Assembly: GCA_964494015.1 (NCBI GenBank)
Contig: CAZBQC010000002.1
Span: 1 to 49,941, forward strand
Source: an uncultured Muribaculaceae bacterium
GTDB lineage: Bacteria; Bacillota_I; Bacilli_A; RF39; UBA660
Direction: 5' to 3'
Length of the DNA stretch: 49,941 nt
The notes beneath the pieces are model-generated. The model was given only the letters and a program-made list of their open reading frames with translations, had not been told where the DNA came from and did not search any database. The translations under genes and the position numbers were made by a program. Each line of letters starts with the position of its first letter. Position 1 is the stretch's first letter. This document shows, in pieces, positions 25,618-33,946 of this stretch.

Positions 25618-26487
25618 ATGATGAAAATAAAAAAGCTTCCAATGGATGAATTAAGGATATCGATTACTTCAAGTTGCAATATGAAGTGTTACTATTGTCA
25701 CAATGAAGGAAATAGATTAACAAGCAAACTAGATATTAATGATATAGATTCATTAATAAACGCTGCAATGAAATTTGGATTAAAAAGTATCAGATTGACT
25801 GGTGGAGAACCAATGATCTGTAATGATATTTTCAGTATTTGTAGCATGATAAAAGAAAAATATAATTTAAAAATAGGTATAAATACTAATGGCATCGAAA
25901 TAGATAAAATATTAGAATTGATTGATTCTAATTTAATTGATAGAGTGGTAGTAGGAATAGATTATTTCAATAATAAGATATCTAAGAATTCACCAGTTGG
26001 TATATGTTCTAAAGATATTTTAAGAAATATTGAATTAATCAAAAAAAGAGGTATTGGTGTTACTATTGCAACAGTTTTTGATAATGATTATAGTGATATA
26101 GAACAGTTATTTAATTGGGCTTTAACACATGACATTAGAATAAAAATTTTGGAAAAGATAGATGATGAACAAAGTGATGTTACATCTCCAGCTTATATAA
26201 AAATTAGAGATCAAATTATAGATAAATATAATTTAATACCTAAAATAGATCCTATTTTTAATGAGTTACATGGTTATCTTGGTGGAAAGAGAGTTGTTTC
26301 TTTTTTTCATTCTCATTGTCGAATAAGGGAGTGCAGATTATGTAAAAACATGCACTTGAGAGTCATGAGTAGTGGGAAGCTAAAGCCTTGTTTGCTAAAT
26401 ACGGAAACAGAAGTTGATTACAAGATAGGAAATGTTGAAAAAAATATTGTTACAGCTATTGATTTATTAGGGATACCACCTAAATAA
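25618..26487 (+). CDS. Radical SAM enzyme, MoaA-like (GTP 3',8-cyclase family architecture)
   Basis: LRISITSSCNMKCYYCHNEG, IRLTGGEPM, and a C-terminal second cluster region CRIRECRLCKNMHLRVMSSGKLKPCL. No other molybdopterin genes are in the window. Confidence 0.55.
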   Translation: MMKIKKLPMDELRISITSSCNMKCYYCHNEGNRLTSKLDINDIDSLINAAMKFGLKSIRLTGGEPMICNDIFSICSMIKEKYNLKIGINTNGIEIDKILELIDSNLIDRVVVGIDYFNNKISKNSPVGICSKDILRNIELIKKRGIGVTIATVFDNDYSDIEQLFNWALTHDIRIKILEKIDDEQSDVTSPAYIKIRDQIIDKYNLIPKIDPIFNELHGYLGGKRVVSFFHSHCRIRECRLCKNMHLRVMSSGKLKPCLLNTETEVDYKIGNVEKNIVTAIDLLGIPPK

Positions 26488-26496
26488 TAGTTAATG

Positions 26497-26540
26497 AAAA
26501 ATATGAATAAGCTTTAATAATAAAAACTTATTCATATTTT
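26497..26540. terminator. Bidirectional intrinsic terminator between convergent genes
   Basis: AAAATATGAATAAG / CTTATTCATATTTT stem with A/T flanks. Confidence 0.7.
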
Positions 26541-27314
26541 TGTGGATTTAATTTTTACTCTGTAATTATTTGAATCAAAACTAATATCTCTGGTTACATA
26601 ACTATATAATTTATTTAGTGCCTCCATATGTTCTTTCATACCTTTGGAATGGTTTAAAGAAGCCTGATCAAATAGATTAATGAACTCTTGTTCAGGAATA
26701 TTTTTAAAGGTTTTTTCTCGATATCCAGTATTGTCATGATATAATTTGTTAACTCTTGAAATAGACAACTCTGGAAATCCATACAATTGATGATAAAAAC
26801 TCCTGATTCTATCTACTAATATAGGATATAAATGAAAAAAGTAAGGATTTTTTTCTTCATACAGTATTATAAGATGTTTAATCTTATTATTCATAAATGA
26901 AATAAAATCTTTTGCCTCATCGTCTGTTAAGCCTGGGAGTGGCATACTATATAATTGAAGGACGTAGTCCTGTAATTTTTTTATATTACCGTTTCTATCA
27001 AATAAAATTTGACCATGTCCTATTGTTGATAGCAAAACATTACTTTGATTTTTAAAGTCATTCATCGCTCTAGCATATATTTCCTGAATGGGTTTTTCAT
27101 AATATTCTATGATAAAATCATCTGTTTTTTGATATCCTCTTATCAAATGATTTAAATCATCATTATTGAAAATAATTTGTAAGTCTAGATCTGAATCTTT
27201 TGTATTATAGCCTGTTAAATAACTTCCGTAAAAAACAATTCCTTCGACATTATCATTTTCAAGATATCCCATCATTTTTATAAATTTTCTTAAAGCTTCT
27301 TGATAGGAATTCAT
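26532..27314 (-). CDS. Nucleotidyltransferase-domain protein (pol-beta superfamily; possibly an antibiotic nucleotidyltransferase)
   Basis: N-terminal GIVFYGSYLTGYNTKDSDLDLQIIF (GS...D.D motif) and a helical C-terminal domain. The substrate cannot be inferred. Confidence 0.55.
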   Translation of the reverse strand: MNSYQEALRKFIKMMGYLENDNVEGIVFYGSYLTGYNTKDSDLDLQIIFNNDDLNHLIRGYQKTDDFIIEYYEKPIQEIYARAMNDFKNQSNVLLSTIGHGQILFDRNGNIKKLQDYVLQLYSMPLPGLTDDEAKDFISFMNNKIKHLIILYEEKNPYFFHLYPILVDRIRSFYHQLYGFPELSISRVNKLYHDNTGYREKTFKNIPEQEFINLFDQASLNHSKGMKEHMEALNKLYSYVTRDISFDSNNYRVKIKSTKI

Positions 27315-27539
27315 TCAGGCCTCACCATCCCGTCTACATAAAGTTTAACACAAAAGAAATGCACTTCCAATATTTTAAAAGAATTTTTTGATAAAAAAAT
27401 AACAATTTTTTCAGAATAAATTTGGAATTTCTTTTTTAGTATCTTATGATATGATTAATATTGTAGTGATATTTACGGGTATAAAACAATGATTTTCACT
27501 AAAAAGCGTTAAAAATCCCTATAAATTATCAAAAAAGTA

Positions 27540-27568
27540 TTGACATTTCCATCTTTTTCCAGTATTAT
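27540..27568 (+). promoter_or_regulatory. Putative promoter preceding a ~235-nt untranslated leader
   Basis: TTGACA at 27540-27545, a 17-nt spacer, and TATTAT at 27563-27568. Confidence 0.5.
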
Positions 27569-27803
27569 ACATACCCTTGGGCAAAAAGGGTGTAATATAA
27601 TTGGACTTCATTTTTACAAGTTCCTCTCTTGCTTTAAGGGGTTTGGATGGTTGGGAAATGAATTCTTTTTCATTAAGAACTTTAAAATTTAAAGAAAGGG
27701 AAACTGAATGTTCATCATCAGTTGCCAATGTTTTTATCGCTAAAAAGGGACAATTGCCGACAATTTTTCCTTTTTTTGTGAATAAAAATTTGTTGTATAT
27801 ATC

Positions 27804-28307
27804 ATGTACATAAGTGAATTATTACCTTCCTTTATTATGGATCAATATGATTATACTGAAACTAAAAGAGCTGTCAAAAATTATATTTCTCGGCTAAATT
27901 ATTTAAAATGGAATTATGCAGTTTTATCCGAACAAAAGCTGACTGCTAATTATAATTTTGATGCCTTCCCAGAACAAAAGAGTTTTTCGCGGTCGAGATG
28001 CGATAACTTTAGATTAGGTTTCTTGGAAGAAATTGCCGAAGAAAAGGATCAACTTGAGAGTACCTATAATAAAGTTATCAACGAATACATGTCTGAAGAA
28101 GAACGGTTAGTTATTGAGTACTTATACCATAAAGATTATAATGTTACAGAAATATTAGATGTTTTAAAACTTAATAACATTAATGGAGGTGATTTAAAAC
28201 AAGAATTATTGATCTGTAAAAGCGCAACCATAAAGTTAGCAGTATACTTAGGTATCGAGGTGAAAAAAGATGAAAATAAAGCCAAAAAAAACGAAGAATT
28301 AACCTAG
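27804..28307 (+). CDS. ArpU-family phage-type transcriptional regulator (sigma-like)
   Basis: 167 aa. N-terminal TKRAVKNYISRLNYLKW and QKLTANYNFD, and C-terminal EERLVIEYLY...NVTEILDVL, a region-4-like HTH, fit the ArpU family pattern. The start codon is uncertain because no clear RBS is present. Confidence 0.45.
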   Translation: MYISELLPSFIMDQYDYTETKRAVKNYISRLNYLKWNYAVLSEQKLTANYNFDAFPEQKSFSRSRCDNFRLGFLEEIAEEKDQLESTYNKVINEYMSEEERLVIEYLYHKDYNVTEILDVLKLNNINGGDLKQELLICKSATIKLAVYLGIEVKKDENKAKKNEELT

Positions 28308-28444
28308 TTGGCACTAAAAATTAATTATTCGTACAAACATTATAACATACTAAAAATAAAAAACAAGATATTTTTTCAATTATTTTTAAGTAATTAGGGA
28401 GTAAATCAATTTGTATTTACTCCTTTTATAAAGGGGGATTAGAA

Positions 28445-28729
28445 ATGAATAAAAGAAAACTATGGAGTAAAAAAGAAAAAATTAGAGTTGTTAGAAAAGT
28501 GTTAAGTACGAATAAATCCCTATCGACAATTGCTAAAGAAGAATCTCTCGATGTGAAAATTATTATTAGATGGGTAAGAAAGTATAATAATGAAGGAGAA
28601 AATGGTCTATCATCAAATAGGAATAAGACTTTAGCTAAGAGGACCACTCAAGAAAAAACACTAGGTTGGGAGCTGGAAAATATATTATCAAAAAAAGTTT
28701 ATTGGCTGAAAGAGGGTGTTCAAATTTAA
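28445..28729 (+). CDS. IS3-family transposase OrfA (HTH)
   Basis: WSKKEKIRVVRKVLSTNKSLSTIAKEESLDVKIIIRWVRKY is a typical IS3 OrfA helix-turn-helix. Confidence 0.8.
   Translation: MNKRKLWSKKEKIRVVRKVLSTNKSLSTIAKEESLDVKIIIRWVRKYNNEGENGLSSNRNKTLAKRTTQEKTLGWELENILSKKVYWLKEGVQI
28690..28697 (+). other. Programmed -1 ribosomal frameshift heptamer A AAA AAA (G)
   Basis: In the orfA frame the codons read TCA AAA AAA GTT. A -1 slip gives ...KKSLLAERGCSNLKV, which is the orfB frame. Confidence 0.7.
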
Positions 28730-29619
28730 AAGTTGCTTCCTCTCTTAAATTAAAGTATGCCATTATTCATCAACTTAGGAAGAATTATTCTATTAAATTT
28801 TTGTGTGATCGTTTAGATATCAATCGTAGCAGTTATTATAAGTGGTTAAAAAGCGATTGTGGTCACAGGCAAAGAAAAAAAAGAGAGAAATTAATTAAAC
28901 TTATCAACGTTATTCATGAAAACTATCCAACTTACGGATATCGAAGAATTGGATTTTTAGTTAGAAAAAGATTTAATGTTTCTGATCAATACATATATAA
29001 ATGTTGTTCATACTTAGGAATAAAGTCAAAAGTTAAAAGAAATAAGTCGAGAAATAAACCTTTAGGCATCAATAAGTATGATAATCTTGTCAATAATAAG
29101 TGGAATACTTTAAGGCCTTTAGAAATAGTAATATCTGATACCACTACTATTAATCATTGCACAGGCGAGTACAATTTAACTTTATATATTGATGCATTCA
29201 ATAATGAGATTATTAGCTATGATCTAACTGAGAAGGGACATGAAGAACTTTCTTCTCATCTTAAAGCTTTGACTAGATTTATTAAGATAAAAAAGAGTCG
29301 AGGTTACTTTAATATTAGAACGATTCTTCATACTGATCAAGGAGCAATATATGCTTCTGATGTTTTTAATGCTATTTGCAAGAACAATAATATTATTCAC
29401 AGTATGTCGAGGTTGGGTAAACCGACTGACAATGCCAAAATAGAGGCGATTAACGGTTGGATTAAACAAGAAATGGAAACAGACTTCCATTTTTTTTATG
29501 TACAAAATATTGCTCAGTTCATTAAAAAATATGTTAACTACTACAATACTGAGCGACCATCCTATAAGTTAGGTAATAAGACACCTCTTGGGTATAGGCT
29601 TGATTGTCATTTTAAATAA
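28696..29619 (+). CDS. IS3-family transposase OrfB part (DDE/rve integrase core), expressed as an OrfAB fusion
   Basis: YGYRRI, VISDTT (D), LHTDQGAIYAS (D) and GKPTDNAKIEAINGWIKQE (E). Confidence 0.8.
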   Translation, partial: SLLAERGCSNLKVASSLKLKYAIIHQLRKNYSIKFLCDRLDINRSSYYKWLKSDCGHRQRKKREKLIKLINVIHENYPTYGYRRIGFLVRKRFNVSDQYIYKCCSYLGIKSKVKRNKSRNKPLGINKYDNLVNNKWNTLRPLEIVISDTTTINHCTGEYNLTLYIDAFNNEIISYDLTEKGHEELSSHLKALTRFIKIKKSRGYFNIRTILHTDQGAIYASDVFNAICKNNNIIHSMSRLGKPTDNAKIEAINGWIKQEMETDFHFFYVQNIAQFIKKYVNYYNTERPSYKLGNKTPLGYRLDCHFK

Positions 29620-29703
29620 TATTTTAAGTTTATAAGTATATTCATAATGTTACTAAAAATTAAAAGAGAATAGAATAAGATGAAATTTAGAAGAGGTGAA
29701 CAT

Positions 29704-30660
29704 ATGAATATTGAACATTTAGAAGATAGTTGTCCAAATCACTGGACGGGAAGAAAAGGTTATAGTCCGGATATGATTTGCATGCACATTGTCGAAGGCA
29801 GTGTGGCATCAGCCGTTAACTGGTTTCAAAATCCGTCTTCTCAGGTCTCGTCTCACTTTATCATTGGAAAAGATGGTCGAATTGTTCAGATGGTAAAACT
29901 TAGCGATGGCGCATGGTGTAACGGTGACCGAAAGAATCCAACCGCTAAGCTAGTGATAAATCGTGAGGGTATTAATCCTAATTCTTATACGTATTCAATC
30001 GAACATGAAGGGTATTCATACAAAGATGGTTCTGGTGCCTTAACAGAAAAACAATATCAGGCGACCTTGCACGTCTGTAAGTTAATTATTGATGATATGA
30101 AAAATAGTTATGGTATTAATTTTATTATCGATCGAGATCATTTAATTGGTCACTATGAAATTAATTCTATCGATAAAATTAATTGTCCAGGATTAGATAA
30201 AGGAAAGAATTTTCCGTTTGATCGTTTGCTTGCGGATTTAAAAGTCTGGAAGGAACCGTATCCTTTTGAGATTAATGAAGAAGTTTATGCTTTGGAAGCT
30301 GTTATTTTGGAAGAAACGGCTGGCTATGACAGTAGCACAACTTATTTACTACCGAAAGGAAGCTTTGCTATTGTTAATAAGTATCATGAAATAAACGGGC
30401 GATACATGGCTTTAAAAAATGAACATAATGAATACTTTAAAGCAGCCTGGACGAAAGAATTTACAAAATTTTCTAAAGAAAAACCAACCGAACCAATTCC
30501 AGATAGTGAAGATGATAATAATCAAAATGATGAAGAAGATAACAACGACAATAATGGTGTTCCTTCAAATAATAATGTTCCTCATCAAAAAGTTTGTACT
30601 TTTACTACTATCTTCAAATTTATCGGATCGTTGTTTCAAAAAATATTTAAGAGAAAATAG
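29704..30660 (+). CDS. N-acetylmuramoyl-L-alanine amidase (Amidase_2/PGRP type), endolysin-like, with a low-complexity acidic linker and a basic amphipathic tail
   Basis: MICMHIVEGS, SSHFIIGKDGRIVQMV, YSIEHEG and LIGHYEI...CPG. A possible SH3-like middle region, then DDNNQNDEEDNNDNN. Start set at MNIEHLED (GAGGTGA upstream). Confidence 0.75.
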   Translation: MNIEHLEDSCPNHWTGRKGYSPDMICMHIVEGSVASAVNWFQNPSSQVSSHFIIGKDGRIVQMVKLSDGAWCNGDRKNPTAKLVINREGINPNSYTYSIEHEGYSYKDGSGALTEKQYQATLHVCKLIIDDMKNSYGINFIIDRDHLIGHYEINSIDKINCPGLDKGKNFPFDRLLADLKVWKEPYPFEINEEVYALEAVILEETAGYDSSTTYLLPKGSFAIVNKYHEINGRYMALKNEHNEYFKAAWTKEFTKFSKEKPTEPIPDSEDDNNQNDEEDNNDNNGVPSNNNVPHQKVCTFTTIFKFIGSLFQKIFKRK

Positions 30661-30721
30661 TTACGATAGATATTTAGTAATTAATTAAATTAATGATTCA
30701 TATAGTGATAGTGGTGAGATA

Positions 30722-31192
30722 GTGAAAATATGGAAAGATAAAGAGTTAATTCTTAATATCCTTGTACCTGTATTATTAGGTATCCTAGTCGGATTTTTGA
30801 TTATGCCTAGTATAAATGATTATCAAAAATTATTACAACCAAGTTTATCCCCTCCTAATTATCTTTTTTCTCTTGTTTGGATAATACTCTATATATTAAT
30901 GGGGATCTCATTTTATTTAATCAGCACAACCAACTCCTTTAAGAAGAAAAGAGCTTCAGATATTTATTTTACTCAATTATTTGTAAATTTATTATGGCCA
31001 ATAATTTTCTTTACTTTCAAACTTCGTTTTTTTGCTTTTATCTGGATTATTATTCTAATTATTTTAGTTACGATGATGATCTTTGAATTTTACAAGATTT
31101 ATAAAAAAGCTGCCTATCTACAGATACCTTATTTATTATGGATCTTGTTTGCAGCCTATTTAAATTTTTCTATCTATTGGCTTAATCGTTAA
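30722..31192 (+). CDS. tspO: TspO/MBR-family tryptophan-rich sensory protein
   Basis: Five TM segments. LQPSLSPPNYLFSLVWIILYILMGIS and QLFVNLLWPIIFF. Confidence 0.8.
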   Translation: MKIWKDKELILNILVPVLLGILVGFLIMPSINDYQKLLQPSLSPPNYLFSLVWIILYILMGISFYLISTTNSFKKKRASDIYFTQLFVNLLWPIIFFTFKLRFFAFIWIIILIILVTMMIFEFYKIYKKAAYLQIPYLLWILFAAYLNFSIYWLNR

Positions 31193-31269
31193 AACTAGAA
31201 AATTTGTTCGAAAAAAGTATTGATTACTTCGACGACTGATAATATAATTAGATTATGGAGGTGAGAAAA

Positions 31270-32463
31270 ATGCCTCACATAATCTTTCATGTCGATGTGA
31301 ACAATGCTTTTTTGTCGTGGACAGCGGTTGATCTCTTAAGTAAAGGCTTGGAGGAAGATATCAGGAAGATTCCAAGTGTCATCGGAGGAGATGAACGTCT
31401 TCGTCACGGAGTAGTTTTGGCTAAAAGTCCAGTTGCCAAGAAGTATGGAATTATTACCGGAGAGTCTTTGTATATGGCCAGGAAGAAATGCCCGAATTTA
31501 AAAGTTTTTTTAGGTGACTATGATTTATACCAAAAACAGTCGGATAATTTATTTGCATATCTAAGTCAGTACACTCCAGATCTTGAAAAATTTTCTATCG
31601 ATGAGTGTTATATGGATATGAGTAACACTAATTACCTATATAAGGATTTGATGGAAGTAGCATATAAGATAAAGGAAGAGATTAAGGTTCGTTTTGGTTT
31701 TACGGTCAATGTCGGAGTAGGTAATAATAAATTGTGTGCGAAAATGGCTAGTGATTTATTGAAACCTGATAAAGTGAATACAATATTTAAAAGTGAAATA
31801 GAAACGAAGATGTGGCCTTTACCAGTAAATGAATTATACATGGTTGGAAAAAGAAGTAGCGAACAGCTTATTAATTTAGGAATTAAAACGATTGGTGATT
31901 TAGCTAAGACGGATCTTAAATTCTTAAAGAAATATTTTCAAAGTTTTGCTACGACAATGTGGGAATATGCTAATGGAATTGATGAAAGTAAAGTGGAAAG
32001 TCATCAAAGTAAGAATAAATGTCTTAGTATTTCCACAACTTTGCCACAAGATATTAGTGATAAGGAGACTATAACTAAGATTCTGTTGAAAGAATGTCAT
32101 GAAATAGGATTAAAGTTACGTAAGCAGGGGTTATATACAAAAGTAATTGCCATAACCTTGCGTAACTCTAAATTTGAAAATTATTCTCATCAGGAAAAAC
32201 TAGTTAATCCGACTAATATTACAATGGAAATATACAAAACAGTTTTGAGTCTTTTAGACAATGGCTGGAAAGGGGAACCAATTCGAAATATTGGAGTAAG
32301 ATTAAGTGATTTTACTGATAAATTAAATATTCAATTATCTTTATTTGATCAAGTAAAAGATAATCCTAAAAACGAAAAAGTCCAAAAACTATTGGACGAA
32401 ATCAATGAAAAGTATCACGATATAAAAGTTGGGCCGGCTATCATGATCAATAAAGACGATTGA
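31270..32463 (+). CDS. dinB: DNA polymerase IV (Y-family)
   Basis: IFHVDVNNAFLSWTAV, SIDECYMDMS and VNVGVGNNKLCAKMASD. Start at MPHII (GGAGGTG upstream). Confidence 0.85.
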   Translation: MPHIIFHVDVNNAFLSWTAVDLLSKGLEEDIRKIPSVIGGDERLRHGVVLAKSPVAKKYGIITGESLYMARKKCPNLKVFLGDYDLYQKQSDNLFAYLSQYTPDLEKFSIDECYMDMSNTNYLYKDLMEVAYKIKEEIKVRFGFTVNVGVGNNKLCAKMASDLLKPDKVNTIFKSEIETKMWPLPVNELYMVGKRSSEQLINLGIKTIGDLAKTDLKFLKKYFQSFATTMWEYANGIDESKVESHQSKNKCLSISTTLPQDISDKETITKILLKECHEIGLKLRKQGLYTKVIAITLRNSKFENYSHQEKLVNPTNITMEIYKTVLSLLDNGWKGEPIRNIGVRLSDFTDKLNIQLSLFDQVKDNPKNEKVQKLLDEINEKYHDIKVGPAIMINKDD

Positions 32464-32484
32464 TAATCAACTCAACTTTTAATT

Positions 32485-32925
32485 TCACAATTTTTTAGTA
32501 CCCAACTTTTTTATATCATCAACGGCTGTTTTAAAAGCAATATATCTTTGAGAAAGCTCTAGAATTAGTTCTTTGGCTTTCTCAATACTGCAAACCACAC
32601 AGTCGCCATCATTTAAATCTATCGGCAGTTTGTATCCTGATTTTCTTTGAACAATACATATTTTTTTGCCTATATCATAATTAGGACCATAACAAGGGAC
32701 TTTTTCTCCTATGTATATATTAAATAAAAGTTTGTCTAAGTTAATCATTTTACCGTATTTATCTGGTGTCCGATATGTTTGAAGAACCATTATCGTTTTC
32801 ACATTTTCATCGAGATCAAAATTACTTTTGTTGATAGTTATTAGAGAAATAGGTTTATTTGAGGCAATAAAATCTTCATCTAGAGTATCAATTACCATAT
32901 CAAATATGTCAGTGTTATTAAACAT
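32485..32925 (-). CDS. Hypothetical protein
   Basis: ORF with AGGAGG 6 nt upstream of the internal ATG (MFNNTDIF). No recognisable motif. Confidence 0.45.
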   Translation of the reverse strand: MFNNTDIFDMVIDTLDEDFIASNKPISLITINKSNFDLDENVKTIMVLQTYRTPDKYGKMINLDKLLFNIYIGEKVPCYGPNYDIGKKICIVQRKSGYKLPIDLNDGDCVVCSIEKAKELILELSQRYIAFKTAVDDIKKLGTKKL

Positions 32926-33086
32926 AAACTTCCTCCTTCTTAACAATAATTATTATAATACTTGTTAATTAAAAAATTGTCAAGGATTTGAAGGTATCAA
33001 ACCATTACAATTTCTGGTAATTTAGATGATGTATCAGATTTTATTAATTCTAAAAATATGTTAAAATAAAATAGGAGGAATGAAAA

Positions 33087-33620
33087 ATGTATGAATTAAA
33101 AGATTTTGAATTAGAAGGAAAAATGAATGATGCGTATCATTATTTGACACTAAATTTATCCGAAACAGGGCACAATAGCAAACCTGTTTTAATGCATAGT
33201 ATTGCTGTTTCGATGACATTATATCATTTGGGATATAATGAAGAAATTGTAATTTCGTCTATATTACATGATGTAATTGAAGATACTGATGTTTGTTATG
33301 AGGATGTAAAATCAAAATTTGGAGAGAATATTGCTGATATTGTTAATGCAGTTAGCTTTAATCCGGATATAGAAGATAAAATATTACAAACCAAAGAAGT
33401 ATATAAAAGAATTGGTAACCAGGGATATCAGGCTTTAATTGTAAAGTGTTCTGATTTGTTTTGTAATTTACCATTCATAGAATGTGTTAAAAAAGAAGAG
33501 ACATTAAGGTATTTAAAAACGAAATATAAATTATTTATTGAAATGTTTGGTGAAGAATTAAGCAAGGAAAAAATATATAATTTGTTTGTTGAAAGGTATA
33601 AAAGTTTGATTAATGATTAA
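33087..33620 (+). CDS. HD-domain (p)ppGpp-hydrolase-like protein (RelA/SpoT hydrolase-domain family, stand-alone)
   Basis: HSIAVSMTLYHLG and ILHDVIEDTD are the signature of the RelA/SpoT-type HD hydrolase domain. 177 aa. Confidence 0.65.
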   Translation: MYELKDFELEGKMNDAYHYLTLNLSETGHNSKPVLMHSIAVSMTLYHLGYNEEIVISSILHDVIEDTDVCYEDVKSKFGENIADIVNAVSFNPDIEDKILQTKEVYKRIGNQGYQALIVKCSDLFCNLPFIECVKKEETLRYLKTKYKLFIEMFGEELSKEKIYNLFVERYKSLIND

Positions 33621-33681
33621 ATATTATGAACCATTAGTGTTAGTAAAAAAAGTGCAGAGGCAAAGATAGAAAATAGTTAAC

Positions 33682-33761
33682 GATAAAAAAGTTAGTTTTT
33701 TTTTCGCATCAATTGTAGCATTCCGTTTTTTATTTAATAAAGATTAAAAAATTGTTGACAA
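33682..33761 (+). repeat. Duplicated intergenic block, copy A (left flank of operon 2)
   Basis: GATAAAAAAGTTAGTT plus a T-run ... TATTTAATAAAGAT ... AAAAAATTGTTGACAA. The same ordered blocks occur at 41747-41857. Confidence 0.55.
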
Positions 33762-33783
33762 TTAATGAATTATTTGTTATTGT
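33755..33783 (+). promoter_or_regulatory. Putative promoter of operon 2
   Basis: TTGACA at 33755-33760, a 17-nt spacer, and extended -10 TGtTATTGT with the hexamer at 33778-33783. A ~160-nt leader follows. Confidence 0.5.
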
Positions 33784-33946
33784 AACCATTGTATTTGGGA
33801 ATGTATCCCCAAGGTTATTTTATTGTTGCGGTATTTAATTAATTTGGGGGACTGATTTTCGGATTCTCAATTTTTATTATAAAAAGCGGAGATTATGAAA
33901 TAAAAATTATAAGATAATTTATGTGTAGCAGTCCATGGAGGATTTT

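Larger units (their letters stand above)
28412..29644 (+). mobile_element. IS3-family insertion sequence (orfA/orfB with -1 frameshift)
   Basis: HTH orfA plus DDE orfB. Candidate TG...CA termini: IRL TGTATTTACT(CCTTT)TATAAA versus the reverse complement of the right end, TGAATATACTTATAAA. Boundaries are uncertain by about 15 bp, and no clear target duplication was seen. Confidence 0.6.

Noticed and set aside
27519-27813. Two ORFs (27519-27728 on the minus strand, 27601-27813 on the plus strand) in the region between the nucleotidyltransferase and the ArpU-like gene.
   Set aside because: Neither has a ribosome-binding site or a recognisable motif. They overlap a good promoter and its leader, so the region is treated as a non-coding leader instead.
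28398-28427. Hairpin GGAGTAAAT-loop-ATTTACTCC plus TTTT, considered as the terminator of the ArpU-like gene.
   Set aside because: It overlaps the best candidate left inverted repeat (TG...) of the IS3 element. I cannot tell whether it is a host terminator, part of the IS end, or a junction artefact, so I did not call it as a separate feature.
30419-30688. 89-aa + strand ORF overlapping the 3' end of the Amidase_2 gene in another frame.
   Set aside because: It arises from the Asn/Asp-rich low-complexity tract. It has no RBS, and the amidase frame is continuous and motif-supported.
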